Notes under the pieces: generated by a model
Database searches by the model: none
Told to the model about the DNA's origin: nothing
Seen by the model: the letters and a program-made list of their open reading frames with translations, nothing else
NCBI GenBank assembly: GCA_951406725.2
Contig: OX597814.1
Location: 149,048,001-149,112,000, forward strand
Source: Octopus vulgaris
Lineage: Eukaryota
DNA: 64,000 nucleotides
Reading direction: 5' to 3'
Translations under genes and position numbers: made by a program
In this document: positions 55,903 through 64,000 of the stretch, in pieces
Position numbering within the stretch: position 1 is the stretch's first letter
Layout of the letters: every line of letters begins with the position of its first letter

Positions 55903-56792
55903 ACGGCGGTGCATCAGCATGGCCGCAGCTCTGAACTGAAACTAGAGAAAAAAAAAAACACACACACGAGTAGTTGCGGAAGTGTTTCTGACTTTAATAG
56001 TATTGTGAAACGCCGGATTGGAGTTCTTGTAGTGAAGGAGCGCTGCAATAAGTCTGGGAATCTGGGAGGGAAATACGTTACATGAAATCATAATTAACTA
56101 ATCCCCCTGTATTTCTATTTACTCAAAGCCAAGAACTTTTCAGCACGCCTTCGTATATACAGTATATATTTGGATATGAAATTTACAATACAATGGGAAG
56201 ATATTAACTTTACTTGGGTTTGTAAAAATGTCAAGGAAACTTACTACTTTCGTTTTTTTCTATTTTTTCCCCGTATATTATCAACGTACATAATCAATAA
56301 ATTCTGACATTATCTATTGTCATTTTTATGGGGGTTATAGGAAAGTAGATATTAATAAAAGTATTGGAGGTTGTGGGAGTGATGGCTGGTTGGCAGTTGT
56401 TGATATTAATAGTAATAAAGATGGAAAGGATTAAAAATGTTCTAGATAGCAATTCTGCGTATAATAGTGATTATTATGTGCGATGGCGGACGTGATAGTC
56501 GTCTTCGTAATTTTGAAGATGGCCGTAATATTATTACATGTAATAACAATATCAATAACTACATTATCTTCAGTATTAGTAAGTGTATTGCTAATAATAC
56601 TTACATTAATACTAAGAGTGTCCAATGCCATTGAGAAAAACTATATTGAATGTAAATAATTAAATGATAATATAAAATGTAAGTAATATAATACTTGAAA
56701 AATACGTAATATATGTCGTAATATAAATGTTATTAAGAGTAATATATTGGCGATTGTAGTATAATGTTATTAGTTATAATGGTTTTATTTTT

Positions 56793-56990
56793 TGGCACAA
56801 GATCAGCAATTTTAGAAAAGGGGGCTAGTCGATTACAACGACCCCGTTGCTCGATTGGTACTTATTTTATCGACTCCGAAAGGACGAAATGTCGACATTA
56901 GAGGAGTTTAAACTCAGAACGTAAAGACACATGAAATGCCTCTAAGTCTATTGCCCAGCGTAATAACGATTCTGCAAGCTCCCCACGTTA
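56793..56990 (-). mobile_element. SINE family A
   Basis: ggcacaagatcagcaatt...ggtacttattttatcgactccgaaagg...aactcagaacgtaaagac. Confidence 0.8.
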
Positions 56991-57063
56991 ATGGTATTAT
57001 TATTCATAATAATAATAATAATAATAATAATAATCATAATAATAATAATAATAATAATAATAA

Positions 57064-57326
57064 AGTAAGTAAGTAAAGACCCCCTTCGGTCATGAGTGAC
57101 CATGGGTTTGCACCTGGAGAGTTACCCTCTGAGGCACAAGTCTGGGCAAGGTTGGTTTATGGAAGACCAGTAGTCGCCCATGCATACCGGCCTCCACTCT
57201 CCACGCCACCAGTGTTATCCAAGGGAAAGACAAAGGTCGATACAGCTTGGCACCTGTGACGTCGCAACTCTCAGTGGTTAGAGCGTCGAGCTTACGATCG
57301 TGAGGTTGTGAGCTCGAATCCCGGAC
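57064..57326. mobile_element. SINE with minus-strand 3' part joined to an inverted tRNA head, inside (AAT)n
   Basis: 57064-57270 ends on the minus strand in (TTAC)n; 57271-57326 tcagtggttagagcg...gagctcgaatcccggac is a plus-strand A/B-box head. Confidence 0.65.
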
Positions 57327-57359
<33 letters not shown>

Positions 57360-57360
57360 C

Positions 57361-57560
57361 TCTCTTTCTCTTTTCTCTTTTACTTGTTTGTCATTTGACT
57401 GCGGCCATGCTGGAGCACCGCCTTTTAATCGAGCAACTCGACCCCGGAACTTATTCTTTTGTAAGCCCAGTACTTATTCTATCGGTCTCTTTTGCCGAAC
57501 CGCTAAGTGACGGGGACATAAACACACCAGCATCGGTTGTCAACCAATGTTAGAGGGACA
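57361..57560 (-). mobile_element. SINE family B, 3' part, well preserved
   Basis: gactgcggccatgctggagcaccgcc...gccgaaccgctaagtgacggggacataaacacaccagcatcggttgtcaa. Confidence 0.85.
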
Positions 57561-57561
57561 A

Positions 57562-57738
57562 AATGTAAAGATAGATGAAATACCGCTAAGCATATTCCCG
57601 TCTTGGTAACTATTCAAACCTTGATAATGAGGATAATAATGATTGTGGTAATAATCGTGTCAAATTTTGGCACAAGGTCAGCCATTTTGGAGGATGGGAT
57701 GAGTTCAGTAAATCGACTCCAGTGTTAAACTAGTGCTT

Positions 57739-57739
<1 letters not shown>
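57562..57739 (+). repeat. 178 bp direct duplicate of 58373-58550
   Basis: Apparently identical by eye from aatgtaaagatagatg to ctagtgctta. Confidence 0.92.
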
Positions 57740-57988
<249 letters not shown>

Positions 57989-57989
57989 A

Positions 57990-58655
57990 TTTTGGCACAA
58001 GGCTAGCAGTTTAAGGGACAGGCTTTATGCCAGTTACATCGACTCAAGTATTCAACTAGATTTTATCTTATCGATTCCTAAAAGATGAAAGGCGAACTTG
58101 GCCTGGGCGGAATTTGATCTCAGTGCGTAAAGACGGACGAAATGCCGCTAAACATTTTGCCCGACACGGGTAACGTTTCAACCAGCTCGCTAACTTGATA
58201 TTGGTAATAATAATGATGGTGTTAATAATCCTTTCTACTAAAAACACAAGGCTGAAATCTCGTGGTGGGGGAGACTTGTCAGTTACATCAACGGCAGTGT
58301 TTAATTCGTAATTAATCTATCGACCACGAAAGGATGAAAGGTAAAGTCGACTTCGGCGGGATCTGAATTCAGAATGTAAAGATAGATGAAATACCGCTAA
58401 GCATATTCCCGTCTTGGTAACTATTCAAACCTTGATAATGAGGATAATAATGATTGTGGTAATAATCGTGTCAAATTTTGGCACAAGGTCAGCCATTTTG
58501 GAGGATGGGATGAGTTCAGTAAATCGACTCCAGTGTTAAACTAGTGCTTATTTTATTGACCCTGAAAGGATAAAAGGTAAAGTCGACCTCGGCGGAATTT
58601 GATCTCAGAATGTAAAAACGGACGAAATACCGATAAGCATTTCGTCCAGCGCCTT
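57990..58655 (-). mobile_element. Three tandem diverged SINE family A copies
   Basis: Units start near 57990, 58230 and 58478 (cacaagg...), each with the gaaaggatgaaagg.aaagtcgac-like core. Confidence 0.85.
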
Positions 58656-59400
58656 AATGATTATGATAATAATGCTGATGTATCGTTCTTGGTGTTAGTG
58701 ATACTTTTATCAGTAATACCTAGTGTTCTATAAGTGGGGAAACTATATATGTTTTGGCTGTGTTAAATTTATTTACTAATATATATATTTACTATATTTA
58801 CTAATACTGAACTATTTGCCATATCAAGTAAAATATTTATTAGGCAGCCGAGAAATCGTATAAGCCGTAATGCTCTATATTATGGTTCATTTGTACAGTT
58901 CTCATTTGTAATATAAAAGTGCGCAATAATATACAGTATATAGTGCTTTATGTTATATCATTTTACAATACTCCTAGCGTATCCATTGTAGCCACAATGA
59001 TCCTCATATTTTTTTCTTGCAATGCTACTTTCAACTTTTTTTATTGTCCCTAATGTAGGAAATTCTATAAGTTTTGTGCCTGAAAGATGTTACGTTCTCC
59101 GAATTATATGTGAATGTTCTGTTTTTGAAAGGAAACATTTGTTTTGCATTTTCGGTGCTTAGTTTACATAGCAATATTTTGTTCTTATTTGTGTGGCTCT
59201 AAGAGCTGCCATTCCTGAGTATATTCTATCTATTGCAAAATGCCTTTATTATAATTAGTATTAGAAACTCGTTGTAAAATTCTTGCAATATTTCTCTCGG
59301 TATTTATGCCTGAGATCAAATTCGACCCACGTAAACTTTGTATTTAAACAATTGCATTCACAAAAATAACTAAAGTATTATCACTAGTGTTGTTGTCATA

Positions 59401-59456
<56 letters not shown>
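59401..59456. repeat. (ATT)n microsatellite
   Basis: Direct reading. Confidence 0.95.
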
Positions 59457-59457
<1 letters not shown>

Positions 59458-60104
59458 ATTAACATTGTTGTTGTTGTTATCGGCGTTAAGTACTAGTACT
59501 AATATTTACAAGATATCTCAGTCAATGATATTAATACATATATACCATTGTTATCCAAATTGCTACTGATACTTTCAGGCTTGTATCGTTATCGACAATG
59601 CTAGTCATAATGATAATTATGTAGTCAACGATACAATTGTTGTTGCAATCAACGCTAATTGTATAACAATCAGTAACCATCATCACAATATATATCTTTA
59701 CTACTATGAATAGAACTGTTTCCAGATTACTAACAATGTTATTATCAACATCTACCAGACACTACGATTAACTTCACTGCCATCACGAATAACATATATA
59801 TAATCACCATATATACAACAACAGTTACCGAAGAGAGCTTCAACCGCAACAAAATGAAAACAGTTATCTCCCTTGACAAATTTACAAAATCAATTAATGG
59901 TAATATCCTTATTTCGTATAGTAAGCTGATAGGATAAAATATTTATTTTCAGTTTCATCTTGATATTCACTGTTGTGTATCGTTAGAGTATTATTACTTG
60001 ATATGAATTATTTGAAATTTGGTTAAGAGGTGGCAATAATTTTTTAAATATATATACAAAAATAAGGCTTTAAAATATTTATTCCATGTATCGGCAGAAG
60101 ACCA

Positions 60105-60265
60105 GTAAGGGAAGGGTATGGGGTCAGTCAATTACTTGACCCCAGTGCTAAGTCTATCGATCCCGAAAGGAAGAAAGACAAAACGGGATTTGAACTCACA
60201 ATGCAATAATGGAAGATATACCGCTAAGCATGTTGCCCAGCGTGCTAACGATCTTGCCAGCACGG
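60105..60265 (-). mobile_element. SINE family A, degenerate
   Basis: tcgatcccgaaagg...atttgaactc...ataccgctaagcat...gcgtgctaacgatcttgccagc. Confidence 0.75.
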
Positions 60266-60403
60266 CGTCTTACGACTTTCAAATATTAAAGTTAACAATA
60301 TTCAGACATACATACATATGTACATACATACATACATATGTACATACATACATATATACATACATACATACATAAATACATACATACGTACATATATACA
60401 ACA

Positions 60404-60435
<32 letters not shown>

Positions 60436-60476
60436 CATATAAATATATATACATATATATATACATATATGTATAT

Positions 60477-60535
<59 letters not shown>

Positions 60536-60538
<3 letters not shown>

Positions 60539-62796
60539 GAAAGAAGGTTTGAAAATGCAATTTAAAAGATGTTTATTTACTTTACCGGTTTCACTCTTTG
60601 GAAAAAGATTGTCAAAAGTAACATGTGGAAGTTTGGTTGCGTTAATTATTGGTTGTTGCAAATTGCTACATTACATATATATATATACAGTCTTTGGTAA
60701 CAGGGACATGTTAAGGACATAAAAAAGTTCAACAAGTTCCTTAAAATATTGGGCAAAAAAGATTACATAAATAATCGTTCTCAAGGACATACTTAACATA
60801 GTTTCCAGAAGGAATTGATATTGGTACTGTATCTGTATATTCAAACATGCACAGAATATTGGTTGACACAGAGTACTATAATCCATATAAATATACAGTC
60901 TTTGGTGACAACAGTATGTTGAGAATATAAAAAAGTTTAACAAGCTCATTGAAAAAATGGGCAGAAAAGATTAAAACAAATATATTATACATCTCAGGGT
61001 AATTTCCAGGAGGAATTATTAAAAAAAGTTCAGTATACCCATACAGAATATTATGAGTTCAAAAAGATTTACATTATTGTAGTGGTGAGGTTGTCACTAA
61101 CCTGTCCGTTTTAGCAGAAATGTGGAATTGAAAAGAATGTACCCGTTTTTTTTCTTTTTTTGGTTCTCCTTCAAGCATCAATGATTTTGGGGTTAGGATG
61201 AGGTGAGTATGTGTGTCTCTGTGTGTATGTATGTGTGCATACATATACATGTGGTGTGAATAGATGTGTCTGTGTGTCTGTAGTATTTGGTCGGATGGTG
61301 TCTGTTTGTCAACCGCGTGTGTGGTTGTCATGGTGTTGTGTGTGTGTGTGTGTGGGTGTGTACGCATGCATGTGTGCTGATGGTATGTATGTGTGCGTGT
61401 GTTGTGTGTGTGTGTGTGTTGTGTGTGTGTGTGTTGTGTGTGTGTTATATGTGTGTATATTATATATAAATATATGTTATATTTGTGTGTTGTGTGTGTG
61501 TATTATATGTGTGTGCGTTGTGTGTATGTATGTGTTCTGTATGTATGTGTGTTGTGTGTGTATTGTGTGTGTGTATATTATGTGTGTATATGTGTTGTGT
61601 GTGTGTATGTGTGTGTGTATGTGTGGTGTGTGTGTGAGATGTGTGTGTGGTATGTATATGTATGATGTGTGTGTGTGTGTGTATATATATGTATATGTAG
61701 TGTGTGTGTATGGCCCGCACACACGCGTAGACGCGCACACGCACGCACACGCGGGCACGCATATACACACACCATCCTACCCCAAAAAATTCTTTAAACA
61801 ACACATCTATTTACACCACCCTGGAACCAATCAAAAACAGCCCCCACACACACACAGACACATGTATACGTGTATGTGCACGCACACAGGGACACACACA
61901 CTCACACCAATCTCACCTCCATACAGGCACATATATACACACGCAGCACCATGTCAAATGCCATCCGCACACATGCATGCGTACACACGCACACACACAC
62001 ACAACACCATGACAACCACACACGCGGTTGACAAATAGACACCATCCGACCAAATACTACAGACACACAGACACATCTATTCACACCACATTTATATGTA
62101 TGCACACACACATACACACAGAGACACACATACTCACCTCATCCTAACCCCAACATATTTGATGCTTGAAGGAGAGCCAAAAAAAAGAAAAAAAAACGGG
62201 TACATTCTTTTCAATTCCACATTTCTGCTAAAACGGACAGGTTAGTGACAACCTCACCACTACAATAATGTAAATCTTTTTGAACTCATAATATTCTGTA
62301 TGTGTATACTGAACTTTTTTTAATAATTCCTCCTGGAAATTACCCTGAGGTATTTGTTTTAATCTTTTCTGCCCATTTTTTCAATGAGCTTGTTAATTTT
62401 TTTTTATATTCTCAACATACTGTTGTCACCAAAGACTGTATATTTATATGGATTATAGTACTCTGTGTCAACCAATATTCTGTGCATGTTTGAATATACA
62501 GATACAGTACCAATATCAATTCCTTCTGGAAACTATGTTAAGTATGTCCTTGAGAACGATTATTTATGTAATCTTTTTTGCCCAATATTTTAAGGAACTT
62601 GTTGAACTTTTTTATGTCCTTAACATGTCCCTGTTACCAAAGACTGTATATATATATGTAATGTAGCAATTTGCAACAACCAATAATTAACGCAACCAAA
62701 CTTCCACATGTTACTTTTGACAATCTTTTTCCAAAGAGTGAAACCGGTAAAGTAAATAAACATCTTTTAAATTGCATTTTCAAACCTTCTTTCGTA
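60536..62796. repeat. Large foldback: ~850 bp and ~840 bp inverted arms around a ~570 bp TG/CA low-complexity spacer
   Basis: 60536-61386 is the reverse complement of 61958-62796, with a few substitutions and one ~10 bp indel; the ORF track shows mirrored peptides ([13 protein letters not shown]... on both strands). Confidence 0.95.
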
Positions 62797-62835
62797 TATA
62801 ATTCCACTCGTGCGGTACCCCACAACTCCACTTTG

Positions 62836-62893
<58 letters not shown>

Positions 62894-63299
62894 TTCATAG
62901 ATTTAAGTTGATACATAAAAATGAAACGGCATTTCACAATATGACTCGACGGTCAGATTCGTGGTAATGTGCCAATATGCCCGATATCAATTTTGAAAGA
63001 TAGGGAAAACTGTGTATGTGGAGTTAGTGAAGCGGGAAACTTAAGCTGCCGATGGAAAACCTTTTCTGGTTAGTAAATCTAGGTTGAAAATTTTAAGAAA
63101 ACTTTGAACTTGCACAACATAAACATCAACATAAACATCACTGATAAATCGAGCAATGCTGAATCAAATGCTACGATTAATCATACCTTGAAACTGTAAA
63201 CAATTATATATATATATATATATATATATATGATAAAATTAAAACATACCTAAAGGGTAATACACATTAAAGGCAATAAAAATGTAGTTGAAACTGTAC

Positions 63300-63830
63300 T
63301 TCTAGAATCTCGTGCTCTTGAATAAAAATTAAGACTAGGATTTAAAGTTTCTAGAAATCCCCTGATATTTCCAGAAAATCCTCGGGTATCACCCGAAAGT
63401 GTAAGGGGTTGTAAGATACGCGACGCTTAATTTACCTATTATTTAATGTTTAAATAAGAAGGTATTGATTCATGATCGTTTTAAAGAATGGTTGACAAAT
63501 ATTCTTTGTTCTGTTGTGGAAAGCAACATTGCCGGATATAATATATCCAAGGAAACAGTAGTATTTTTTGACAATGCATCAAGCCTTCCAGTAAGCTTAC
63601 ATGTGGGAGTAGAAAATATTCTCAAATATAAATTCTTGACTCCAACAAATGAATCAAAGCGTGATGACTAAATTCAAAGGAAATTATTTAACAACATATG
63701 AAAGCAATTGACTGGGAAGATAAACCTGTGTTAGGGATATTATCGATAATAGCGACAGCATAACTAAACCATGGAATGAAGTAAAGCCCTCAACTCTGAA
63801 CTGTGTTTAGTAAAACATACAGCTACACAC
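63300..63830 (+). mobile_element. Degenerate Tigger/pogo-like transposase (DDE_1) remnant
   Basis: ENPR upstream; ORF 63465-63671 RFKEWLTNIL...VVFFDNASSLP...KFLTPTN (cf. LF.EWF...LLLDNAPGHP...FLPPNTT); downstream PWNEVKPSTLNCV. Confidence 0.8.
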
Positions 63831-64000
63831 TATCCGTAAGTTAACTCGTTTTCCACACGCAGAAAGTCTCATCAAATATGGTAAATTAGAGTGACAAAGT
63901 AATTGTCATTGAAGGAGTCATGGAGTATGTAGTTTTCGAATGAGAAAATTTATCTAACTGGTTGCTGTGACTGTTGAAACAAAAGCAAGTGGAGAATACG

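Noticed and set aside
61211-62038. 275 aa Cys/Val/His-rich ORF resembling a metal-binding protein
   Set aside because: Produced by TG/CA low-complexity sequence in the foldback spacer

Overview
AT-rich, microsatellite-dense eukaryotic DNA with no recognisable host protein-coding exon; it looks like a large intron or intergenic region. The tRNA-derived SINE families, mariner relics and (AT)n/(AAT)n load suggest an octopus (coleoid cephalopod) genome, but this is inferred from recalled repeat families, not tested. Most ORFs in the track are microsatellite translations. The transposon content is: a young 5'-truncated CR1/L2-group LINE with a nearly intact RT (54.2-55.7 kb); R4/Dong-like restriction-endonuclease LINE pieces next to (AAT)n; RTE/RTEX, Penelope-like, Ty3/gypsy, mariner, maT-like and Tigger/pogo relics; three palindromic MITE-like elements; and many SINEs. 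The most unusual structures are a ~2.26 kb foldback with ~840 bp arms, a perfect inverted duplication of a transposon end at the LINE 5' junction, variant minimal hammerhead-ribozyme motifs, a SINE with a twin-priming-like 5' inversion, SINE multimers with a fixed palindromic junction, and a 178 bp templated duplication. I cannot support a wholly new biological system from this sequence alone. Boundaries of degenerate elements are approximate.
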